Of a stretch of 36,974 nt of DNA, positions 1 to 9,143 are shown piece by piece. The notes below the pieces were generated by a model, which was not told the DNA's origin, did no database searches, and saw nothing but the letters and a program-made list of their open reading frames with translations. Both the position numbers and the translations under genes were made by a program. Each line of letters begins with the position of its first letter. Position 1 is the first letter of the stretch. Source of the DNA: Burkholderiaceae bacterium (GTDB taxonomy: Bacteria > Pseudomonadota > Gammaproteobacteria > Burkholderiales > Burkholderiaceae_C); contig DALYHR010000001.1 in NCBI GenBank assembly GCA_031970775.1, positions 1 to 36,974 on the forward strand. The letters run 5' to 3'.

Positions 1-49
1 CCGGGACGGGGGTCGAACCCGTACGCCCTGTGAGGGGCTGCGGATTTTA
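1..49. repeat. Left prophage attachment core (duplicated tRNA-Leu 3' half)
   Basis: CCGGGACGGGGGTCGAACCCGTACGCCCTGTGAGGGGCTGCGGATTTTA is identical to 36926-36974. The tRNA-like anticodon arm continues to about 55 and then breaks down. Confidence 0.95.
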
Positions 50-143
50 AGTCCGACATGCGTAAAAAGCGCAGTAGCTTACCCCCATGCGAATGGCCAG
101 CAATTGCCGCTTGAATCATGCATTCGGCGTGTCGAAAGGCAGC

Positions 144-155
144 ATTTCCCCACAC
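144..155 (+). promoter_or_regulatory. Putative integrase arm-type site ATTTCCCCACAC
   Basis: The same 12-mer occurs at 36858-36869, so there is one copy just inside each att core. Confidence 0.55.
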
Positions 156-165
156 CGCACACGCA

Positions 166-606
166 TCACTTCATCAGCACATCGACGATCGCTGCCAGCT
201 TTGGTCCGATGACCCCGGCACCGAACCCAGTGCCGCCGAGCACCAGGCCGGGAAGCCATAGACGATGCTTCCAGACATCCATCCGGTTACCCAGCTTTGA
301 CACGGCCTCGGTCAGTACATCATCCCGCGCCTCACTGGACTTGTTGACATCTTCGATGCGATCCCGGTCCGATCTGTACTGACGTTGCAAATCGACCAGC
401 TGCTGAAACATGGACTGTTGGCGCTCTTCGATGCGTACCAGTCCGGACAGCGTGTCCCGGATGGTCTCCTGCTCATCACCAAGCCGCCCAACTTGGTTGA
501 CAAGCTGGTCGAACTCGCGATGAGTGACAGGCGGGTTTTGCGCTTCCGCAATGCTTTTCGTGAACCGAACGAAATCGCTTCGAGTTACTCCCTCGCTTTC
601 ATGCAT
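166..606 (-). CDS. Coiled-coil protein with C-terminal membrane anchor (possible holin-like/lysis accessory)
   Basis: 146-aa ORF, Q/E/R-rich helical core, hydrophobic C-terminus LWLPGLVLGGTGFGAGVIGPKLAAIV, last gene of the late operon. Confidence 0.6.
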   Translation of the reverse strand: MHESEGVTRSDFVRFTKSIAEAQNPPVTHREFDQLVNQVGRLGDEQETIRDTLSGLVRIEERQQSMFQQLVDLQRQYRSDRDRIEDVNKSSEARDDVLTEAVSKLGNRMDVWKHRLWLPGLVLGGTGFGAGVIGPKLAAIVDVLMK

Positions 607-610
607 TTCT

Positions 611-760
611 TCACCCCATTACACCAGAGTGGTAAAAGTACGCCGAAACAACAGCAGCAGAAATGCAAACAACAGCGATATTAGCCGCCGTTCTTAATAT
701 GCATTTGCCGTGCCTGTTTTTATATTCATAAAAGAATTTAATTATTCTATTGTTAATCAT
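611..760 (-). CDS. Small 49-aa single-TM protein
   Basis: Manual translation MINNRIIKFFYEYKNRHGKCILRTAANIAVVCISAAVVSAYFYHSGVMG; GGAG upstream; ATGA overlap with the preceding ORF. Confidence 0.45.
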   Translation of the reverse strand: MINNRIIKFFYEYKNRHGKCILRTAANIAVVCISAAVVSAYFYHSGVMG

Positions 761-891
761 CTAATCATCTCCACCATGTTTATTGAACCAATAAATGTCA
801 ATCCGCTTGCGGCGCAGACGCGTCCCCAGGCAATCACCGGCCGGTCGGTGCCTGGCTGGGAATCGTCGACGTCGGTCCAGAAGATTGTCAT
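757..891 (-). CDS. Small 44-aa ORF, possible truncated fibre-associated gene
   Basis: Manual translation MTIFWTDVDDSQPGTDRPVIAWGRVCAASGLTFIGSINMVEMIR; ATGA overlaps at both ends. Confidence 0.35.
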   Translation of the reverse strand: MTIFWTDVDDSQPGTDRPVIAWGRVCAASGLTFIGSINMVEMIR

Positions 892-3266
892 ACTATTAAC
901 TCGGAAACATGAAGTCTAAATGATGCCGCACAATTATTCATTGCATTTATATATGATCCGCTTCCTATTGATGTATATATATATGCACTAAGGGCGCACG
1001 TTATTGTACATGCCCCAGATGGGAGAAATGATTGTGGCGCAGCATGAATTGAGAATATAGGAAGAGTAAATATAAGACTATTACCTATTGTCCCGGATCC
1101 TGGGGCAATGTTAGAAAAAGTTGCTTGGTAGTCAAAACTTCCTATTGCAGTCCCGTTTGAAATAATTGTCCCTGAAATTGATATAACATAATTACCCGCA
1201 GGAAACGATGCACTTGGGGTCTTTAATTCAATATTTACGCTACAAGCACCAGCAAAAAGCGTGTTTCTGTTATTATCAACCTTATTAAATGTCCCAATCG
1301 TATTTGATACGCTATTAACATAACCAAGCGAAGCAACCGAATATGTGAACACATTATTGAAAACACCTGAGTTACCAACTGACCCCGTTGCAATGTCGTT
1401 AGAAACAGCCGCCATCCACGTCCGCAGCAGCGGCTCCGACCCGTCGACGCAGTGCACCATAGGTGCGCCGAAGTATGTGATGCTGCCGTTGTCTGCGTAG
1501 TACTGATATGCCCGGTGCGCGATGCTAGTAACCCCTGCCGCGAAGCAGAAGTTCGTTCCATTCGCAACTTTCTTGCCCGTGGTCACATCGTATATGCCAG
1601 CATCGTTGCTGTTTGCGCCCGTTGAACCGGCCGGGTAGATGTACCCAACCATCAAATACCACTTGCCATCAGTCAAGACATCAGATGATGAGTAAGACCA
1701 GTATGGATTTGAGATGACCGTGGCAGTATTCAGCGTGCAAACTTTTGCGCCGTATTCTGGTCCGAAATAGATCTGGCAATATTTTGATCCGTTGTTGATC
1801 AGTACCGGAACGATGAATCGATAGGTCTTGGATGCATTGACACCGATGGTGTTGAGTGAGCTGGCGTTATACCCACCATCAACACTTTGTCGTGGGCCAA
1901 GATTCAAGTAGGTGTTTGATGCCAACGAGACATATGGGTCATCAAAGTTCAGATTCAGTGGGCCATTCACGCCAGACCATATCGCGAGAGAAATCGCAGT
2001 AATACCGGCCGGGACGGTGTACGTCGTCATGTTGAACGTTGTCCAGCCCGTGGTGCAGGCGCCGTTGTTTACCAGTGTCGTGACGCTCGTTCGGTTTGCA
2101 TCCGTCACGGCACCCGATGCCGGGGTCACCGCAGCCTCATTCACCACGATGTTGACGCCGCCAGCCGTCGCCGTATCGCCGCTGTACGCGATGCTGATGC
2201 GCAGCACTTGCCCGGCCACGACTGGGATGGCTTGCGATGCCCGTCCCTTGGCGTCTGTGGCTAGCGTCGCCTTGGTGAGCTTGTAGCTGTTCGGGGCTGT
2301 GCTTGATTTCGTCGCATCGATCGCAAACGCCGTCTCTGCTGTGCCGGTGAGTGTGCGGTGTACGAACCAGAATGGGAGTCCTGTGCCAACGCAGTCAGAC
2401 TGATAGCACTTATTCACAGAATCAGCGATGGCGCGCATCAGCGGGGCTTGCTGTCCCTTGAGCCCAGTGCCCCACACGATAGATGTCTCTCCGGTAATGT
2501 CGTCAGCCTTGGTCCATTGGAACGGCGCCGTCGGGCTCCACCAAGTCGTGTCGCACAGATCAAGCCCGATGCCATCGGCCACCATCGGGATGGTCTCTTC
2601 GTCGAGCAGGTTCGTTGTTCCGCCGGACATGTACATCCGGCACCGCACGGCCCGCAGCCCAGCGGCAGGGGTGTAGGCCTTCGAGGACTCATCAGCGGCC
2701 GAGGTGTACGCGTCGACCCAGGTCGAGCCGTCCACGCTGGTGGCGATGATGAACCGGCACGGGTAGAGCGCAGGCGCACCAGCGCCGGTCTGCCGGTATG
2801 CGCTGAATGTGACCGATGCCGGGTTGTACCCGCCGCCCCCGTTGACGCCGATAGCCGCAGCTGTCTTTGTGATCCAGTAGGACGATGCATCGGCGCCTGC
2901 TGAGCCCGTGTTGCCAGTGACCCCCTGTTTGGCCTTGGTCACCGTAAACCGCGCCGTCAAAGAGGGCCACCCGGAGCGGGTCGCCGTGATGTCGACATAC
3001 CCGACGTCAGCACTCAAGGCCGATACGGTCACCGTCGATGTGGCCAAGGTACTGGTGCACGAGGTGTCGAGCTTGCTCAGTGTCCAGCTGGACGTCACGT
3101 CCACTGACCCCTGCATGACCATGACCGTAGTGCTGGCCCCTGCAAAGCTCGTCACCACCCCTGATGCATCTGCGGGCACCAGATGGGACGAGTTGCTCAG
3201 CACAATGCTGAGCCCATCGTTCATGTCGGCAATCGTGATTTGACCGGTGCTGACCAGCGTAGCCAT
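888..3266 (-). CDS. Tail fibre / receptor-binding protein
   Basis: 792 aa, Thr/Ser/Gly-rich and beta-rich, short GxT repeat, carbohydrate-binding-like middle region, AT-rich C-terminus; distal position in the tail operon. Confidence 0.75.
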   Translation of the reverse strand: MATLVSTGQITIADMNDGLSIVLSNSSHLVPADASGVVTSFAGASTTVMVMQGSVDVTSSWTLSKLDTSCTSTLATSTVTVSALSADVGYVDITATRSGWPSLTARFTVTKAKQGVTGNTGSAGADASSYWITKTAAAIGVNGGGGYNPASVTFSAYRQTGAGAPALYPCRFIIATSVDGSTWVDAYTSAADESSKAYTPAAGLRAVRCRMYMSGGTTNLLDEETIPMVADGIGLDLCDTTWWSPTAPFQWTKADDITGETSIVWGTGLKGQQAPLMRAIADSVNKCYQSDCVGTGLPFWFVHRTLTGTAETAFAIDATKSSTAPNSYKLTKATLATDAKGRASQAIPVVAGQVLRISIAYSGDTATAGGVNIVVNEAAVTPASGAVTDANRTSVTTLVNNGACTTGWTTFNMTTYTVPAGITAISLAIWSGVNGPLNLNFDDPYVSLASNTYLNLGPRQSVDGGYNASSLNTIGVNASKTYRFIVPVLINNGSKYCQIYFGPEYGAKVCTLNTATVISNPYWSYSSSDVLTDGKWYLMVGYIYPAGSTGANSNDAGIYDVTTGKKVANGTNFCFAAGVTSIAHRAYQYYADNGSITYFGAPMVHCVDGSEPLLRTWMAAVSNDIATGSVGNSGVFNNVFTYSVASLGYVNSVSNTIGTFNKVDNNRNTLFAGACSVNIELKTPSASFPAGNYVISISGTIISNGTAIGSFDYQATFSNIAPGSGTIGNSLIFTLPIFSIHAAPQSFLPSGACTITCALSAYIYTSIGSGSYINAMNNCAASFRLHVSELIV

Positions 3267-3284
3267 GGTGTTGCTCCAGTCAGA

Positions 3285-4718
3285 TCACGGACGGCTCGAC
3301 TCGCACATGATCGTGCCCTTGGCATCGATCTCGTCACCGGTCACGGTGACCTTGGCCGCCGTCTCAGTCGCGCCGCCTGCCGTGGTACGGGTACCGCTGG
3401 CCGTGCACACGTAGAGCTTCCCGTTGACCATGTCGTTTGACGCGGCCGGAGCCGGGAAGTTGGTGTAGTTCAGCCAGGTGTTGGTGACCGGAGTGCGGAT
3501 CGTCACCGTGTTACCCGTTCCGCTGGCCACCTCGTAATACCGGCCCGCACCAGCCGGCGTGACCACCTTGATGATGTCCCCAGCCGCAAAGGTGATGGCG
3601 GTCCCGGAGTAAGTGAAGACCGCACTCACCCCGCTGGTGTTGGCCGTGATGTTCCGGCCGCCGGCCTGAGCCGTTCGGGTCGTGTCGATGAACGCTGCCC
3701 GGTACCCGTCCTTGTCGTAGTAGTACCAGGTGAAGCTCCAACCGGTCACGTCCGCAACCCGCAGCGATCCGTAGAACACCCGAGGAAAGATGTCTGTGCT
3801 GCCCACCCCGTTCTGCAGCTTGTCGCCCGACGAACTCACCAGCTTGGTGTCGTAGGGATCGCTGATGTCGTAGACGGTGAAGTACTGCTGATAGATCGTC
3901 CCCGCTGCATCCTTGGCCTTGACCAGGAACACCCCGATATCAACCACCGCCGTTTCGCTGATGGTGATCGACTTGAAGTCGCCCCAGGCCCCATCGGGCA
4001 TGTTGGTCAACGAGATGGCCGTCGACGTGCCGCCGGCACCCGTCTTGACAACGCCGATGCTCCCCACCACCCCGGCCAGCGTCGCCGCTGTATCCCGGAA
4101 GCCGTACTTGGTGGTGACGCTGGCCAGGTTGCCGTCGATCTGATCAGCCGCCGTATGCGGCGACTGGAACCACTGATAGGTGATGCCCGTGTCATCCACA
4201 CCCGCCGCACGAATAAGATCCGCCGTCAGCGTGACGGTGTTCTTGGTCGATCCCGTGGCCTCCTCGATCACGTTCTGGCCCTTGACCTGGATGAACACCG
4301 CATTGGTGCCCGTCTTGACCATGGACACCACGATCTGGGCGATCACATGGCTGACCAGACCCGTGGTGGCATCGGTGTAGTCACCCTCGAAGTAGTAGGT
4401 CACCGTGGGCGTAGCCTCGGTCATGTTGGTGTTGATCGCGTAGGTCGTGGCACTGCCCAAGCTGGTCGCCAGGTCGGTGGACCATCGACGATTGGTCAGC
4501 GATGCCGCCACCTCGTTGGCCGTTCCGACCGCGCCCACATAGACCTTGGCAGTCAGCGTGAGCGGTGTAGTCGTCCAGTCCGGGGTGTAGGTCTGCGTCG
4601 ATTCGTCTTTCGTGAAGATCTGCTGCGTCACCGCCGAGCCCGTGATGAACGCCGTGATGGGCCGCGCGTCGTTGTTGTCGACGATGGTGATCTGGCCAGT
4701 TGAAACGAGGGTTGCCAT
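3285..4718 (-). CDS. Minor tail / fibre-associated structural protein
   Basis: 477 aa, Thr-rich; shares the N-terminus MATLVSTGQITI with the downstream fibre. Confidence 0.7.
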   Translation of the reverse strand: MATLVSTGQITIVDNNDARPITAFITGSAVTQQIFTKDESTQTYTPDWTTTPLTLTAKVYVGAVGTANEVAASLTNRRWSTDLATSLGSATTYAINTNMTEATPTVTYYFEGDYTDATTGLVSHVIAQIVVSMVKTGTNAVFIQVKGQNVIEEATGSTKNTVTLTADLIRAAGVDDTGITYQWFQSPHTAADQIDGNLASVTTKYGFRDTAATLAGVVGSIGVVKTGAGGTSTAISLTNMPDGAWGDFKSITISETAVVDIGVFLVKAKDAAGTIYQQYFTVYDISDPYDTKLVSSSGDKLQNGVGSTDIFPRVFYGSLRVADVTGWSFTWYYYDKDGYRAAFIDTTRTAQAGGRNITANTSGVSAVFTYSGTAITFAAGDIIKVVTPAGAGRYYEVASGTGNTVTIRTPVTNTWLNYTNFPAPAASNDMVNGKLYVCTASGTRTTAGGATETAAKVTVTGDEIDAKGTIMCESSRP

Positions 4719-4742
4719 GTTGGTCTCCAGAGTGGCGCCCCA

Positions 4743-7448
4743 TCAGGGCGTGAGGATGTCGCAGTGAAAAGTGGCCCGGCTGGCGACGTCATCGACGTTC
4801 ACCAGCACCTGCCTGTAGCCGGCTGCATAGAGGGAGTTCCAGGTGGCATCGTCCGCCGGAGGGTGCGGGTCAACGATGCTGACCCGACGCCAGCGGAAGT
4901 CCGCTTGAGGGATGGTGTTGGTGACCTCAAGACCATTTCGGAAGACGTGAGCAATCAGCAGGGTCTGAGTGCCCTGCCCCGGCCGGAACTCCGTGCCGTT
5001 CACGCTCTCGACAACAACTTCCCAGTTCACGGCCGCCGCCAAGTCAGCATCCGTCACCGTGACGGTCACCGAGGCGTACAGCGCACTTTCGTGTTGCGTG
5101 CGGTCACGGTGCGCACCCCACACCGTGTAGGTTCCGGCCGCCGCAGGCGACCAGTTGAAGGTGTTGGCCCGGCCCGTGAAGATGCTTGCACCCGTGGCCC
5201 AGTCCACCCCAACTCTCAGCTCAGTCACGCTGTAGTCGACGTCCGGGCAATCCAGCCATGAGAGCGCGATTTGTCCATTGCGAGGCACGGAGGCCGTCAG
5301 GCCCGACATATCCGACGGAGGCGCGGATTCTCCGATCACGGTGTGATCGACGTGCACCCAATGGCTGTCGATGCCCATCGCGTTGATGTGCCGCACACCG
5401 ATCACGATGGCGTCATCCTCGACCATGCCCAGCAAGTAGACCGAGGCCGCATCACTAGGCACCGATGTGACATGCCAGGCCGAATCACCCACCAGAGACC
5501 AGCGCACCTCTGTCACGGCGCCCGGGCCCACCATATGAGCCCCGCCCGGCACCACCCAGCTGACCATCACCCGCGGCAGGATCGTCCCGTCCGCCAAGCT
5601 CAGCAGGTGAGCCGTTCCGCTCTCGGGCACATTGACCACCGGAGCCACTGTGGCCCAGGGGGACGGAAGACCCGTGTTTGGCGCCGGGTCAGGCGTTGCC
5701 GCATCGGCCAAGTCCCAGACCGTGGGCTCATCTTCCTGAAGCACCAGACCCACAGCGCTGTTCAGCGCGAACGACCAGTCCGTGACACGGAACAGCTTGC
5801 CAGCCCAGGCATATTCGGCACTGAAAACCTGAACCCGATCGCCCGGCCGCAATGGCCAGGCGCGCATCTTGGCCGGGTACTGCACCACCATGCCAAGCCG
5901 CCCCTGCTCGACCCGGATGCGCGCCAGATTGCGAGCCCGCGCCTTGTTGTCGGTATAGGGCAACTGGATATCACCCCACAGCTCTTGACCATCGGCAGCC
6001 ACGAACACCGGGTTGATGTACGGATCCATATCCACCGGGCTGCTGTCGCCCGCCGGAATGTATGACCCGCGCAGCCCATTGATCGCATCTTCGAGCCCAT
6101 GGCCGGCCTGCTGAATCTGGATCGGTCCGGCCAGATCGGCATCCGTGAGCACCATGACTGGAGCGGACCATGCACCGGCATGAATCGACCATTGCACCCC
6201 GCTGGCCACAGATCCGGCCATCGAGTTGGCCAGATCGTTCAGCACGCTTTCCTTGGCTTGACCGGTCGTGATCAACCCATCGCAGGTATATCGAGCTGCA
6301 TTGACCGTCGTCGCACCAACGGTCAGAGGAACGACCTGATCACAGGCATCGGCCGCAGTGGCCAGCGCCACGACATCGATGTCAGCCAGATCAACCCCAT
6401 AGCCCCAGACCGACATCAGATAGTCTGCCGTGATCAGGGCATTGTTCCGGGTCCATGCCGTCAGATTTGTGCGCGGGTCGAAGCACAACCGGCCCTTCAC
6501 CATGAAATCGATCTGAGGCGGCCCAGACTGGAACCGCGAATCTTCCAGATCCAGCGTGACCACCACATAGGCCTTGCCATCCAGTCTGTGGTCGACCGTC
6601 CACTGAGCCGGAGCGACACTCATCAGGTAGGTATCAGCAGTCTGACCAGGCTCCCCCAGATGCTTGCGGATCGCCAACCCAGATTCGCTGATCTCGACCT
6701 CATAGCTGATCCACAGCCATTGATTCGCAGACGCCCCGGTCAAAGTCATCCCGGAAATCGTCAGAGGCACCTTCGGCTTCTTTTGCGTTGAGCTTGACGT
6801 CGGTGAGCTGGTGCTTGAATAGATGACCTTGGTAATGACCTCAGAGGCCAGCCCCGTCACTGTCGGCACGGCATAGTTCCCCAGGGCATCGAACCGCACC
6901 ATCTTGGCCGGAATGACGACACGGCGCTTGCGCGCCCAGGGCGCATCAGTTGGGCCAGCAGTGGCCACCCCGCTGGAATCCAGAGCTACAACCGGAATGC
7001 CAGAGATATAGGTCTCGCCAATCTCCTGCACCTGGTGGTCAGCCAACCGGATCACCAGATGCTTCAACCCATCCGGTTTCGTCCGTGGATTTCCCCGGTC
7101 ATCGAACCCGAACTTGTCCGTGGTGATCTCTGCAATCACGTCGCCCCCGACGCGGCACTCACCGTAGACCGCACGCCAGGGCGGATCGGCCTGCAGCATG
7201 GTCGAGGTCCGATCTTTCAGGCTGGCGTTGTATGCAGCCCGTGCATCCGCCTCGGCCTGACGAGCTTTGCGTCGGGCATCGGCTGCGCCATAAATCGCAT
7301 TGGCAGCCATCAGGGCATACCCAGCCACAACCACCCAGGTCACGCTGGACATGGTCATGGCCACAGCGATCAGCGTGACCGGGTCGGCCACGGCCAGAGC
7401 CGGAACACCGGCCAGCATGATCGCCACCAGGATGCGCCCGATGATCAT
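4743..7448 (-). CDS. Tail tip / host-specificity protein (gpJ-like)
   Basis: 901 aa; PWRAVYGECRVGG, KGRLCFDPR, RYTCDG and LRPGDRVQV motifs typical of siphovirus tip proteins; FN3-like C-terminal segments. Confidence 0.85.
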   Translation of the reverse strand: MIIGRILVAIMLAGVPALAVADPVTLIAVAMTMSSVTWVVVAGYALMAANAIYGAADARRKARQAEADARAAYNASLKDRTSTMLQADPPWRAVYGECRVGGDVIAEITTDKFGFDDRGNPRTKPDGLKHLVIRLADHQVQEIGETYISGIPVVALDSSGVATAGPTDAPWARKRRVVIPAKMVRFDALGNYAVPTVTGLASEVITKVIYSSTSSPTSSSTQKKPKVPLTISGMTLTGASANQWLWISYEVEISESGLAIRKHLGEPGQTADTYLMSVAPAQWTVDHRLDGKAYVVVTLDLEDSRFQSGPPQIDFMVKGRLCFDPRTNLTAWTRNNALITADYLMSVWGYGVDLADIDVVALATAADACDQVVPLTVGATTVNAARYTCDGLITTGQAKESVLNDLANSMAGSVASGVQWSIHAGAWSAPVMVLTDADLAGPIQIQQAGHGLEDAINGLRGSYIPAGDSSPVDMDPYINPVFVAADGQELWGDIQLPYTDNKARARNLARIRVEQGRLGMVVQYPAKMRAWPLRPGDRVQVFSAEYAWAGKLFRVTDWSFALNSAVGLVLQEDEPTVWDLADAATPDPAPNTGLPSPWATVAPVVNVPESGTAHLLSLADGTILPRVMVSWVVPGGAHMVGPGAVTEVRWSLVGDSAWHVTSVPSDAASVYLLGMVEDDAIVIGVRHINAMGIDSHWVHVDHTVIGESAPPSDMSGLTASVPRNGQIALSWLDCPDVDYSVTELRVGVDWATGASIFTGRANTFNWSPAAAGTYTVWGAHRDRTQHESALYASVTVTVTDADLAAAVNWEVVVESVNGTEFRPGQGTQTLLIAHVFRNGLEVTNTIPQADFRWRRVSIVDPHPPADDATWNSLYAAGYRQVLVNVDDVASRATFHCDILTP

Positions 7449-7939
7449 GCCGGCACCTCGCCGGCCAACTCAGCCGCCACCGCCCGCAGCGACCAGCCGC
7501 AGTAGGCATCCACCATGGCCAGATGCTGGATGATGCCGGCGTCATCGATCACCGCCGCGGTATCGCCGCAGCAGATTCCGACCAGGCCGCCCACCCCACA
7601 GCAACCCTCACCCAGATGCTGCGCCGTCGGGAACATCACCACGTCGCCAATTTCGAGACGCTCAGGCCCCACGGGCTCGACGCCGAGCCGATGCGTCCAG
7701 GCAGACCGGAAGCTGCCGCCCAGCGATCGAATCAGCCGCAATGCATCACCGACCGTGGCTGTCTCAGCCAGGCCCGACATCGGGTTGAACTCGGTCATGT
7801 GCTCGACCCACTCCGACACGAAGTGGCAGCAGTTGTTGTTGCGCCAGTCAAACGGCTCTGACGGGTAGCCGACCATGAACTGGGCCAGCTCGATCACGAT
7901 GGATTTGTTGTTCAGCATGGATGACCCCCCCCAGATCAC
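7445..7939 (-). CDS. Tail assembly protein, NlpC/P60-like
   Basis: PFDWRNNNCCHF and GDVV motifs; position directly upstream of the tip protein. Confidence 0.65.
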   Translation of the reverse strand: MIWGGSSMLNNKSIVIELAQFMVGYPSEPFDWRNNNCCHFVSEWVEHMTEFNPMSGLAETATVGDALRLIRSLGGSFRSAWTHRLGVEPVGPERLEIGDVVMFPTAQHLGEGCCGVGGLVGICCGDTAAVIDDAGIIQHLAMVDAYCGWSLRAVAAELAGEVPA

Positions 7940-8547
7940 TGTGTCTGAAACCGCTTGGATAGCCAGATGCGCGGCCGGTTGATCATGTCGGCCAGATACT
8001 CAAGACCCCGATCGCCAGGGTGGAGCATCTGATGCTGCTGATGGGACAACCGAATTCCGTCACCGTGCCGAGCCCGGACCAACCCCTTTCGGCCCAGCAT
8101 CAGGTCGATTCGGCCACGCCGAGAGCCAGTCGATCCATCGACATCGACTGCCACGTTGACCTTGTCCATCACACCCACGAACCGCAATGTGGCCACGCCA
8201 TCGATCACGCCAGCGCTGTCCATCAGCTGCAACCACACTTTGGCATTGCGCCCCCGGTAGGTGTGCACCGACCCCAGGGCCGCCCCCAGCATGGCCGTGT
8301 TGGCCAGGCTCAGGCTCAAGGTCAACTGATCCGGCCGGGCGTCTTCGCCCTCTTTGATCGTGTCGACGGCCATGGCGTCTCCAACCCCCCGATAGGTCGT
8401 GACCACGCCGTTCACCGTGAAATCACGGGTCACACCGTATGTCGACAGGTGAAGCATCCCGCCCAGGAAGTCGAGATCGATCAGCCAGCAGGCCGACAGA
8501 TCGCCCGAAGACAACCGGGCCAGGGTGGCAGCGTCGACCGAGATCAT
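7936..8547 (-). CDS. Minor tail protein (gpL-like)
   Basis: 203 aa, YRGVG and HPGDRGLEY motifs, ATGA-coupled within the tail operon. Confidence 0.65.
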   Translation of the reverse strand: MISVDAATLARLSSGDLSACWLIDLDFLGGMLHLSTYGVTRDFTVNGVVTTYRGVGDAMAVDTIKEGEDARPDQLTLSLSLANTAMLGAALGSVHTYRGRNAKVWLQLMDSAGVIDGVATLRFVGVMDKVNVAVDVDGSTGSRRGRIDLMLGRKGLVRARHGDGIRLSHQQHQMLHPGDRGLEYLADMINRPRIWLSKRFQTQ

Positions 8548-9143
8548 TCCCAGCTCTCCAGCAAGTCGAGTGCGTAGCCGGATTGCAAGGCCGTCTCATA
8601 GGTCCAGATCGAGCTTTCACCGGTCTGTTTGAAGTAGGCGACCGGGTGATCCCAGGTCACGATCGACCCGGCACTGAAGGTCATGCGCAACGGCGGCTCG
8701 ATCTGCACCGAGGCGCCAGAGGTATCCCCCATCACCTTGACCAGCTGGCTGGTTCCCAGGCCCGTTCCAATCTGGAGCAGATCGCCGGTCAGCAGCGTGC
8801 CTGCACCGGTCACGGAGATTGACGGGTCACCGATGGCCCCAGCCGCACCCAGCGACAGCGAGCCGCGCCGGGTACCGCGCGGCACAGGCCGGCCCGGGTC
8901 AAACGCTGCAAGGTGGTTCGATCGGCCACGCAGCTGCAGAATGGTCCGCTCCCAAGGGCCCGCCTCGATGTGATCGAGCTTTGACGGGCTGACCAGTTTC
9001 AGCACCCACCGCGCCGGCGCAAAGGTGCGGGCCTGCATGGTGCCGGTCAGGTCGGACCCCGACAGCATGTCGAAGTTGCGCAGGCCCATGCCACAGCCCG
9101 CCCCAAACATCATGCCGGTCGTCGGCAACGTGATGATGCTCAT
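8544..9143 (-). CDS. Distal tail-like protein
   Basis: 199 aa directly after tape measure; LRGRSN and IEPPLR motifs. Confidence 0.65.
   Translation of the reverse strand: MSIITLPTTGMMFGAGCGMGLRNFDMLSGSDLTGTMQARTFAPARWVLKLVSPSKLDHIEAGPWERTILQLRGRSNHLAAFDPGRPVPRGTRRGSLSLGAAGAIGDPSISVTGAGTLLTGDLLQIGTGLGTSQLVKVMGDTSGASVQIEPPLRMTFSAGSIVTWDHPVAYFKQTGESSIWTYETALQSGYALDLLESWE

Noticed and set aside
1..55. Left repeat as a functional tRNA gene
   Set aside because: Similarity stops in the anticodon stem, with no D-arm or 5' acceptor strand, so it is only the att duplication.
888..4718. Diversity-generating retroelement or invertible fibre switch
   Set aside because: No reverse transcriptase, template/variable repeat pair, invertase or inverted crossover sites were seen.
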